Below are positions 27,581-35,054 of a stretch of DNA of 40,814 nt, one piece after another. The position numbers and the translations under genes are program-made. Each line of letters opens with the position of its first letter. The stretch's first letter is position 1. Below the pieces are notes generated by a model. That model saw nothing but the letters and a program-made list of their open reading frames with translations. It was not told the DNA's origin and did no database searches. Origin of the DNA: Patescibacteria group bacterium UBA6130 (GTDB lineage Bacteria; Patescibacteriota; Microgenomatia; UBA12405; UBA6130); the NCBI GenBank assembly GCA_002428285.1, contig DIVO01000012.1:10609-51422 (forward strand). Reading direction: 5' to 3'.

Positions 27581-27620
27581 AAAGAATAATTAGAATATGT
27601 CTTCTTTCTTTTCCAAATAA
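27459..27620 (-). pseudogene. Orphan 3'-terminal fragment of a paralogue/orthologue of the gene at 34933-36105
   Basis: The minus-strand frame is open from 27620 to the stop at 27459-27461. Its last 40 codons read IVLPFIGGFVQMIALSFGLGSLLMAIRETYGRFSEKKLV. The intact gene has IVLPFIGGFVQMIALSFGLGSLLMTIRETYSRFSEKKLV. An in-frame TAA lies at 27621-27623, and similarity is lost upstream of 27580. Confidence 0.75.
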
Positions 27621-27840
27621 TTAACTATTTAAATGATATTAAAAACCGCTTGACTATTTATATTTATTTATAATAGTCCACGAGGGATTGCGTGAGATAA
27701 TTGTTAGACACCAATAATTATTCCATAATAATCTACGGAGAAAATATTAAACAGATTAAATTGAAGAGTTGACTGTTCTAATTTTGAAGACAAAGTGGTA
27801 AAACTTGCTTTTATGTAAGTTTGTTCAAATTTCTTGAGTA

Positions 27841-28566
27841 TTAAGTTTTAGTTGCTAAATAAAATTTTTCACTCGTTGTGTATGGCGAGTTCTTGGGTCC
27901 TATCAAATAGCTCAGTTTAAGACCCATGAGTTTTCGCTCTTCCGATGAAAACCGACCTGCATAATCAATACACTGAGTGAAAAATCCACCTTCTCTTAGC
28001 AGCTCTTCAAAATCCATCCCAAAAACTCTCAAATGGTCTTCTTGTCCAAAAAGGATTTCTCTTTCACGAGGAGATGAAGAACTTGGGCTACTCGTAGTTG
28101 CAAGATCGATATTTAATGGAACTTGAAAGAATGCTTTTCCATCACGCTTAACAACTCTCTTTAATTCTCGAACTGCTAAAATAGGATCATAAATGTGTTC
28201 TAATATCTGATAGCATACTACTATATCGAAAGTGTTGTCGGCAAAAGGAATATCGTTTATATCTGCCCTCACGTTCGCCCTCTTGGAGATTAAATCCATT
28301 CCTATATAACGAACATTTGGATACCTCTTGAACGCGTTTTTAAGGCTTCTGGTTGGTCCTATTTCCAAAAAAAACATGTTCTTATCGTTAGTTAGTATAT
28401 TTTCCTGAAGATACAACCACAACAATCGGTGTCTTTCTAAAGACCGGCAATCAGGATTCAAGCAAGAAGCATCTTGACGATGCGTAACTCCATAATGAGA
28501 CGGAGCAAATTCTTCGCTAAAGGACTGATTGCATGCTGGACAGTGGCGTAAGCTTTCTGTTGTCAT
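27841..28566 (-). CDS. Class I SAM-dependent methyltransferase with an N-terminal Cys-rich (zinc-ribbon-like) segment
   Basis: 241 aa. CPACN...NPDCRSLERHRLLWLYL, then a Rossmann-type FFLEIGP, the acidic loop IGMDL, and IVVCYQILEHI with LKRVVKRDGKAFF. Confidence 0.75.
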   Translation of the reverse strand: MTTESLRHCPACNQSFSEEFAPSHYGVTHRQDASCLNPDCRSLERHRLLWLYLQENILTNDKNMFFLEIGPTRSLKNAFKRYPNVRYIGMDLISKRANVRADINDIPFADNTFDIVVCYQILEHIYDPILAVRELKRVVKRDGKAFFQVPLNIDLATTSSPSSSSPREREILFGQEDHLRVFGMDFEELLREGGFFTQCIDYAGRFSSEERKLMGLKLSYLIGPKNSPYTTSEKFYLATKT

Positions 28567-28599
28567 ATCAACTCGATAACATTAAACAGTAATAAAATA

Positions 28600-30006
28600 C
28601 TATTGGCAATTACTATACAAATTGCATGCCATACTAAGAGCATTTTCCATGCCCATAAAATCATATATTTCTAAAATCCTTGGAATAAAAACCCCTTTTA
28701 CTCTAACCATTCTACTAGGTGTAAATTTAAATTCACGAATCCCCAGTCTAGTAAGTATTTCCGTTATTAACTCCTTATTCTCCTCTACCCATCTATCAAT
28801 ACCCGTAATATCATCTTGCGACAGATTTCGTAAAGCGCGTGTATAACCTTCTCTCTGGGCTTTTTTAACTAGTACATTACTAAACTCTTTCTCCAGACCT
28901 TCCTTAGTAATAGTTTCTAAATAAGGAATTGAATATTCTTGCCATGTCTTACCAAATACTTCACCATCTCTTGTCCAGTCCTGATCTTCAAATTCATCAG
29001 AGTACCCTCTGTCATCTAGGCTCATTTTCGAAAGAACCCTTCTGGGATCGGTTGAAACCCAAAAGGGTGCACGCAATATTTTTTCCTGCGCATGTTCTTT
29101 TCTCGCAGCTTGAATTCTTCGACCAAAATCAATATCAGATGCACGCTTTAAACCTCCGTTAAAACCACCAACAGCACAATATGCTGCAGCGCTGAATGCC
29201 ATGGCTCTCCCTGAAGTCCAAGGAATATAATTTCCATCACGGTTATGTAACATGCGATAATATCTATGAAAATAAAAAGCAGCAGCTAATAAAGGATACT
29301 TACTAAAAGACTCAGGTGGATATGTAAAACTTCCAACAAGGACATCTGGCAAGGATCCTTTTCGATCAAAACCCTCTAAAACAGAGGAAAGATAGTTTCC
29401 GGAAAGATCATAAAGATCTGCGTCGCTACTAACTATTATATGATCATCGTCGTATTTTTGAGTTGCTGCAATTCTCCATAAATTTAGATCGAATAAAAGT
29501 TTTCTTATACTTCCAAACGGCATCGATTCTTCAACAACAACATGTGTATAACAAATATCGACCTCTGGGTGATTATCCTGAAATTCAACAACCTGCCTAC
29601 CAGTTGAATCTGGTACTTCGCTTGCATGATGATTATCAAGGATGAAAATTCTAGCACGTTCTAAACATGCGGAAGGCTGTTCTAAAAAACTTTCTAATGT
29701 GCGTCTTATATTCTTTCCCTCTTGACTTGATGCAATACAAATAGATATTTTTTTATCTCTGGCAGTTGAACCTGGAATTGTTTCGTCGAGCGATCTAAGA
29801 AACTGAATGTAAGCATTACTGTGTTGCTTTAAATAATTTGCAATCTCAACGCCCTCAACTAACTCTGCATCAGAATTATCTACTAAAGTTTGTGACTTTG
29901 ACTTTAAGCCTTCATAGATTCCAAAGAACAAAGATGAAGAATCTTTCATTTGCCTCTCAATCAACTCAGTTGGAATTTTTGTGCCTTTAAATTCACTTTC
30001 AACCAT
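28600..30006 (-). CDS. GT-A-fold glycosyltransferase-like protein with long N- and C-terminal extensions
   Basis: 468 aa. ISICIASSQEGKNIRRTLESFLEQ (GT2-type first strand and helix), DxD-type SSDADLYD, and later GRAMAFSAAAYCAVGGFN. The C-terminal roughly 110 aa has no motif I recognise. Confidence 0.6.
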   Translation of the reverse strand: MVESEFKGTKIPTELIERQMKDSSSLFFGIYEGLKSKSQTLVDNSDAELVEGVEIANYLKQHSNAYIQFLRSLDETIPGSTARDKKISICIASSQEGKNIRRTLESFLEQPSACLERARIFILDNHHASEVPDSTGRQVVEFQDNHPEVDICYTHVVVEESMPFGSIRKLLFDLNLWRIAATQKYDDDHIIVSSDADLYDLSGNYLSSVLEGFDRKGSLPDVLVGSFTYPPESFSKYPLLAAAFYFHRYYRMLHNRDGNYIPWTSGRAMAFSAAAYCAVGGFNGGLKRASDIDFGRRIQAARKEHAQEKILRAPFWVSTDPRRVLSKMSLDDRGYSDEFEDQDWTRDGEVFGKTWQEYSIPYLETITKEGLEKEFSNVLVKKAQREGYTRALRNLSQDDITGIDRWVEENKELITEILTRLGIREFKFTPSRMVRVKGVFIPRILEIYDFMGMENALSMACNLYSNCQ

Positions 30007-30106
30007 TTTATATAGTACTATACATTATCTTATAGTAATATGCAATATTATTATTAAAACCTTATCTTTATTCTATATATTTATTGATTCATTAGGTTTT
30101 TCTTTG

Positions 30107-30112
30107 TATAAT
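30107..30112 (+). promoter_or_regulatory. -10 box TATAAT 6 nt upstream of the ATG at 30119 (candidate leaderless transcript)
   Basis: The sequence is ttgTATAATccaaaaATG. Confidence 0.4.
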
Positions 30113-30118
30113 CCAAAA

Positions 30119-30709
30119 ATGAAGAAGCTTTATATTGTAAGACACGGTCAATCTGAAGGCAACATAATCAAACACGTGTCTTTCGCTCACACGCCAATTA
30201 CTGAGAAAGGAAGAAATGATGCATATAGATTGGGTAAAAGATTAAAAAGAGAAAAAATAAAAGTTGATATAATTTTTTACAGCCCTCTTACTCGTTCAGC
30301 TCAAACACTTGAAGCCATTAAGGAAGGGGGGTTTGATATTTCGCAAATTCAGGTTAAGCCAAACCCGCTTTTACAAGAAATTAACCGAAAAGAATTTGAA
30401 GGAAAACCAAGTGATGAATACTATGCTAAACGCTCAGAAAGCGGACTACCAGTAAATGATTACCGATGTAAAGGTGGAGAAAGTGAAAACGACGTAAAAA
30501 AAAGAGCAATAAAGTTTCTAGATAATTTCAAGAGTTCAAAATTTGACTCTGTGTTGATAGTTACACACGGACATTTTATTGCTTGGATTATGATACTACT
30601 TGGATTTTCAGATATCGGTCACATGCACGGAGCATCTCTTTCTTTAGTAAAAATCAATGGCAATAATGCAAGAGTCGCTTTCTTAGATGACATATCTCAT
30701 CTTAAATAA
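30119..30709 (+). CDS. Histidine phosphatase superfamily (PGAM/CobC/SixA-like) protein
   Basis: Track ORF starts at 29981. The ATG at 30119 gives MKKLYIVRHGQSEGN (RHG motif), followed by the second catalytic His context IVTHGHFI. The 46-codon upstream extension is AT-rich junk. Confidence 0.8.
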   Translation: MKKLYIVRHGQSEGNIIKHVSFAHTPITEKGRNDAYRLGKRLKREKIKVDIIFYSPLTRSAQTLEAIKEGGFDISQIQVKPNPLLQEINRKEFEGKPSDEYYAKRSESGLPVNDYRCKGGESENDVKKRAIKFLDNFKSSKFDSVLIVTHGHFIAWIMILLGFSDIGHMHGASLSLVKINGNNARVAFLDDISHLK

Positions 30710-31422
30710 TTATTCATTTCTTCTCTTGCCAATTTTTTTACCTCAAGATAACGATTATACTCATATTCTAAATCAAATCCGGGAGCATGATAAAAACAGT
30801 GATTTGCAACTAAATCCATTGTTTTATCTGGAGGAAAAATATTTAATTGATTAAAATCAGCTAATGCATGTGCATATACCAATGGATTATAAACATAGTC
30901 ATGAACAATGGAAATATACCGGTGTTGCGGATTTTCAGGATCCATTCGTGAACGAACCCATTCGCTATAGCTTCTGCAAAACGGATAAAAAAAATCAGCA
31001 TACATTATTCCAATTTCTGTTACAGCAAAGTTTTTCGGAGTTGGATCTATTCCAACTGGGCAATTTTTAATTAAACACAATGCGTTTAAAATTCCATTCA
31101 CTCCTGAAATAAACTGCTCATCTCCTAGTGCCATTTGAGCATCAAGAAACACATCATGATATTTTGTAGTAATGATTATTGTGTCACCCTGTAGAATGAT
31201 TTCAAAAATTTCTACTACAGGAATGCCTGCTTTTTTAAGTTCGCTAATATAATCTTCAATAAAATCTCGCATTTTAAGAGGATTTTTATCCTGCGATGCA
31301 AGCCGAGAAACATCAATAACTGACAAAACTTTATCACCTGAGCGATAAGTTTCTTTGGAAGTTAAACCACTTCTTAGTTGCACGAATTCTCCAGAAGTTT
31401 TTAACGCTTCGACATTATACAT
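30697..31422 (-). CDS. Hypothetical protein, possibly a minimal protein-kinase-like / aminoglycoside-phosphotransferase-like fold
   Basis: 241 aa. It has a candidate catalytic-loop-like GIDPTPKNFAV and a metal-binding-loop-like IMYADFFYP. It is paralogous to the upstream ORF. The fold assignment is only my pattern reading. Confidence 0.35.
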   Translation of the reverse strand: MYNVEALKTSGEFVQLRSGLTSKETYRSGDKVLSVIDVSRLASQDKNPLKMRDFIEDYISELKKAGIPVVEIFEIILQGDTIIITTKYHDVFLDAQMALGDEQFISGVNGILNALCLIKNCPVGIDPTPKNFAVTEIGIMYADFFYPFCRSYSEWVRSRMDPENPQHRYISIVHDYVYNPLVYAHALADFNQLNIFPPDKTMDLVANHCFYHAPGFDLEYEYNRYLEVKKLAREEMNNYLR

Positions 31423-32272
31423 GTTGCTTCTTATACTCTTCCATACTTTTAACCAACTCCTGTTTACAAAAAAAGCGCTGACGCCTTAAATTCAGTATCA
31501 AGTCTTCATTGTTAGAATTCTTTAACAACTTTTTTGGTGAATCATAACAGATCAATTGATTACCATTGCCTATAATCATCCATTTTGAATTTAATTTCAA
31601 CAATTTATCAAGATTTTTCACAGCCCAGCTAAACTGCCCCAGTTTTATGGTTTTTAAAGCAAGAGGAAAGCTTTGCTTATTCTTATCCAAGAAACAAATA
31701 AACATCTCGATTAACTTTTCTTTTTTTTCTGGCAATATTTCTACAAACTGTGTCATTGCCGATAGAAATGAGCTATTGGGTGAAAATTGAACCAAGTAAT
31801 AACTACATCCATCCTCTTTTTTCTTATAATGTAAATATTTATCTTTGCTGGCAGGTATAAAAAAATCAACGAATACTGTGTTTTTGCCATTAAAAGTGAA
31901 TTGTTCATGAAATGAGGACAACCCTATTCCTGCACACAATCCTTTTTTCAAATTATTAAGATAACTCCTGTATGCAACACAAAAAGAGTCACTTTTCAGA
32001 GCATCGAGAAGGGTTTTACCCTCATATGAATATTTATTTACGATTACCTCGTCCTCAACCAAATGAGGAATTTCAGCATATCGAGGAACACAAACTCCAG
32101 CTTTTTTACATTGCTCATAATAGTTTGATATATCTTTAGTAATTTGACTTACTGAGCGATCATATTTTTCTGTGTTAATTATCTTATAAACAAATCGACT
32201 ATCACGATGAACCGTTTGGACAGAACCATGTTTATAAATTGGCATTTTCGCAATTTTATTTATTTTTTTCAT
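31415..32272 (-). CDS. Hypothetical protein, paralogue of 30697-31422 lacking the D/N catalytic-loop residues
   Basis: Track ORF extends to 32407 but overlaps the upstream radical SAM gene by 150 nt. Met46 (32272) or Met55 (32245) are more plausible starts. QCKKAGVCVPRYAEI aligns with ELKKAGIPVVEIFEI, and TVFVDFFIP aligns with IMYADFFYP. GLSSFHEQF replaces GIDPTPKNF. Confidence 0.4.
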   Translation of the reverse strand: MKKINKIAKMPIYKHGSVQTVHRDSRFVYKIINTEKYDRSVSQITKDISNYYEQCKKAGVCVPRYAEIPHLVEDEVIVNKYSYEGKTLLDALKSDSFCVAYRSYLNNLKKGLCAGIGLSSFHEQFTFNGKNTVFVDFFIPASKDKYLHYKKKEDGCSYYLVQFSPNSSFLSAMTQFVEILPEKKEKLIEMFICFLDKNKQSFPLALKTIKLGQFSWAVKNLDKLLKLNSKWMIIGNGNQLICYDSPKKLLKNSNNEDLILNLRRQRFFCKQELVKSMEEYKKQHV

Positions 32273-33344
32273 ATGCTGCGATCTGACCATGAACATCAAT
32301 ATTAAAATCTGTATGGTGACCGCTACAACAACTACAAATGGAAAAAGAAGGTTTCCTGAGCTTTTTTCTAAATCCAACAAAACGTTTTGAATTCCAAATT
32401 GAATCAAAGTCAGATTTGTTTATATTTCCCATTATTAAATCTTTATGCAAATGATGTGGCGCAACACAGCAAGGCGTGACAGAACCATCAGATATAATAT
32501 AAGCATAGAAACAAGGAACTACACATGAAATATTTTGATATATTTTTTTCGTGTATAATCCTCCAGTTGTCGCAGATAAAAAATTATTACCATGTCTCTC
32601 TAATTCAAATGGATCAGAAACTGTTCGATATATACCAGTAAAACCATATTTAGAATATTTCTTAAGCAAAATAGGCCTAACTCTATCATAGAAATCTTTT
32701 AATTCTCCTCTGGATAAAAAGTCTTTTTTGTTCTCTTTGTTTTTTATAGGTATGAAGTTAATCTCGTCATAATTTGCCACTTTTTTTAAGTCCAAAATTT
32801 TAGGTGTGTCAATGTAATTATTCTTGTTGATAATAGAATAGACCACAATTTTGGCTTTTGAATTATATTTCTTTTTGTATTTGTCTAAGTTCTGAATTGC
32901 CCCCATGGCTCTCTCCCACCCATCGTCCAATCTTCTCCTTTGATTGTGCTTTTCTGGACAATGTGAATCAATAGAAATCGCAACTTCCCTTATTCCATAA
33001 CTAACAAGTCTTTCCGCACAATAATTATCAATCAGATACCCATTACTGTTGATTTTTACTGTTAATCCAAGGGTGTTTGAATATTTTACGAATTTAAGAA
33101 AGTCTGGATGTAAGGTAGGTTCTCCACCAGTAAAATCGACCTCTCTGCAACCCATACTTTTAATTATCTTGAGTGTTTTTAGAACTATTTCACTTTTTAA
33201 AACATCTGGTTTAATTAGATATAAATTACAATGTAGGCAACGAGCATTACATCCATTTGTTAGTTGAAATTTCACCCTATGAGGACGAACTGCTTCATTA
33301 TTTCTAACTTTCCTGATATCTTGGATACTTAATTTAATCTTCAT
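32256..33344 (-). CDS. Radical SAM enzyme with a C-terminal Cys-rich SPASM/twitch-like extension (anSME/BtrN-like architecture)
   Basis: 362 aa. CxxxCxxC at residues 31-38 (TNGCNARCLHCN), GGEPTL, and C-terminal cysteines ISCVVPCFYAYIISDGSVTPCCVAP and FSICSCCSGH. There is no room for an N-terminal RRE/PqqD-like domain. Confidence 0.8.
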   Translation of the reverse strand: MKIKLSIQDIRKVRNNEAVRPHRVKFQLTNGCNARCLHCNLYLIKPDVLKSEIVLKTLKIIKSMGCREVDFTGGEPTLHPDFLKFVKYSNTLGLTVKINSNGYLIDNYCAERLVSYGIREVAISIDSHCPEKHNQRRRLDDGWERAMGAIQNLDKYKKKYNSKAKIVVYSIINKNNYIDTPKILDLKKVANYDEINFIPIKNKENKKDFLSRGELKDFYDRVRPILLKKYSKYGFTGIYRTVSDPFELERHGNNFLSATTGGLYTKKIYQNISCVVPCFYAYIISDGSVTPCCVAPHHLHKDLIMGNINKSDFDSIWNSKRFVGFRKKLRKPSFSICSCCSGHHTDFNIDVHGQIAAYEKNK

Positions 33345-34605
33345 TAATATTAAAGTCTCTGTTAAATATTATTTTCAGATATTCAACAGAGGCTAGCCCC
33401 TCTACAGAGTTAATCTTGTAGGTGTATCTATTCATCGCCGAAACCTCAGAAAGGGTAGATTTCTTTGTTAACAAATGATATGGGGAATAGGAACTTGGTC
33501 TAACTTCACCACCTGAATCTTTAATTAGTTTAATTGTCTTTAACACATCTTTTTTAGTTTGACCCGGCAAACCAAGCATAATATAACATTTCGCGTTTAT
33601 ACCAACTTTTTTAAGCATTTTAATTGTTTTTATAACTTGGTGAGTTGACTGAACTTTGTGAATTTCTTGTTGAATATCTTCCTGAAGAGATTCGATTCCA
33701 ATTCCAACAGACTTACAACCAGCATTGGCCATAATTTTAACAATTTCCTCATCTAACAATGTAATACGTGTAGTACATCGCCAACTAAATTTAATATTTT
33801 CTTTTATAAGCTGTTGACAAAATTCTCTTACCCATTTTTTATCGTAAGTAAAATTTGGAGAAAACATTTGAATTGCATTAAAATACTCTTTGTTATCTTT
33901 TATATATTTTATGGTTTTGTCTACTGGCCGTCTTCTTTCTTTTCCACCATACATCTGTGTAGCAAAACAATATTCGCAATTGAAGGGACAGCCTCTTGAT
34001 ACAGTTAAGCTTATCTGTCTTTTGCCAAATTTCCTTATTGTTTTCTTATTAGAAATAATTCTGTCATATCCGTTCAACGGCAACTCCTTTAAAGGCGGAA
34101 ATGCCCATAAATCAGGCTCCAGATATTTAGGTTTAGCCTTGTAACCTCTCGAATTAACAACCACTCCAGAAAGCTCTTTTTCGTCAATTAATTTCTCTTT
34201 ATACTTAATAAAACTCTCAATTCCTAATTCAGGATCTCCTGCCCATATATAAGCATCAAAAATAGGTTTACCAAAAAACTGAGGGACATAATAACAAGAA
34301 GGACCATAGGCGATAATGTTTGTATTTGGCGTAATCTCTTTACAAATCTGAGCAGCCCTAATTGCCGAATGTGTATTATGAACATAAGAAAGGATAATTA
34401 GGTAGTCATAACGATTAAGCAACTTCTGGATATACTCTTTTTTCAAATAATTCAAAACACCACCATCGAAAATATCAACCTGATACTCTGGTTTATCGAT
34501 AAAATATGCAGCAGTCTCACCTAAAATTGTATAGTGGTGATGTAAAGTTAAATCATACGGCATTTCCGGTGGCCAGAGAAATAATATTCGAAGTTTATTA
34601 TTCAT
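33334..34605 (-). CDS. B12-binding-domain radical SAM enzyme (class B type)
   Basis: 423 aa. The N-terminal Rossmann-like region (LRILFLWPPE...YDYLIILSYVHNTH) is typical of the cobalamin-binding domain. The radical SAM motif is SRGCPFNCEYCFA. The stop overlaps the next gene start by 11 nt. Confidence 0.8.
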   Translation of the reverse strand: MNNKLRILFLWPPEMPYDLTLHHHYTILGETAAYFIDKPEYQVDIFDGGVLNYLKKEYIQKLLNRYDYLIILSYVHNTHSAIRAAQICKEITPNTNIIAYGPSCYYVPQFFGKPIFDAYIWAGDPELGIESFIKYKEKLIDEKELSGVVVNSRGYKAKPKYLEPDLWAFPPLKELPLNGYDRIISNKKTIRKFGKRQISLTVSRGCPFNCEYCFATQMYGGKERRRPVDKTIKYIKDNKEYFNAIQMFSPNFTYDKKWVREFCQQLIKENIKFSWRCTTRITLLDEEIVKIMANAGCKSVGIGIESLQEDIQQEIHKVQSTHQVIKTIKMLKKVGINAKCYIMLGLPGQTKKDVLKTIKLIKDSGGEVRPSSYSPYHLLTKKSTLSEVSAMNRYTYKINSVEGLASVEYLKIIFNRDFNINED

Positions 34606-34932
34606 CTATCAAAAATATTATCATGACTATAGGATAAGTTCAAGTATATAATACTCTGAGAAAAAGTATCTACTTTAGAGTTTCCAAAATAATGTAATTT
34701 TTTCAACTAATGAAGTAATCATAATCTCATATATAAACCGCTGAATGCGGAAGACAGAACAGGACGAAGGTAATTCCCACTCAGAGCATAAAAGTATGAA
34801 ATTATCAAAATAGGTTTAAATTTTTTACAAAGTCCTCGCAAAAACTTCTTTTTATCCTTTTATTACTTATGTTTCTGACATTTTAGGAGAGAGGACTTAC
34901 TTATCTAGAATATCGAAAAGTTCTAATAATAT

Positions 34933-35054
34933 TTAAACTAGCTTCTTCTCTGAAAAACGACTATAGGTTTCTCTAATTGTCATCAAAAGTGAGCCTAAGC
35001 CAAAAGACAAGGCAATCATTTGAACAAAACCTCCAATGAAAGGCAAAACAATGG
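34933..35054. repeat. Direct repeat copy B (122 bp), forming the 3' end of the intact gene at 34933-36105
   Basis: See copy A. There are 8 substitutions. By my translation 6 are synonymous and 2 are amino-acid changes (T to A, S to G). Confidence 0.85.

Larger units (their letters stand above)
27581..34932. mobile_element. Putative integrated genomic island or insertion cargo (about 7.35 kb); no integrase or transposase visible
   Basis: The block is bounded by the 122-bp direct repeats. Composition is mosaic: about 45% GC in a counted line of the methyltransferase gene and about 27% in a counted line of the radical SAM gene. Gene content is accessory rather than housekeeping. Confidence 0.45.

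Noticed and set aside
29981-30118. 46-codon N-terminal extension of the histidine phosphatase ORF, and the similar extension of ORF 31415-32407 into the radical SAM gene
   Set aside because: The extensions are AT-rich hydrophobic junk or overlap a well-supported gene by 150 nt. Internal ATGs with promoter or operon context give family-typical N-termini.
27581-34932. Integrase, transposase, or terminal inverted repeats of an IS/transposon inside the repeat-bounded block
   Set aside because: None of the seven ORFs has recombinase motifs (no R-H-R-Y tyrosine recombinase pattern, no DDE or serine-recombinase signature that I can see). The boundaries are direct repeats, not inverted ones.
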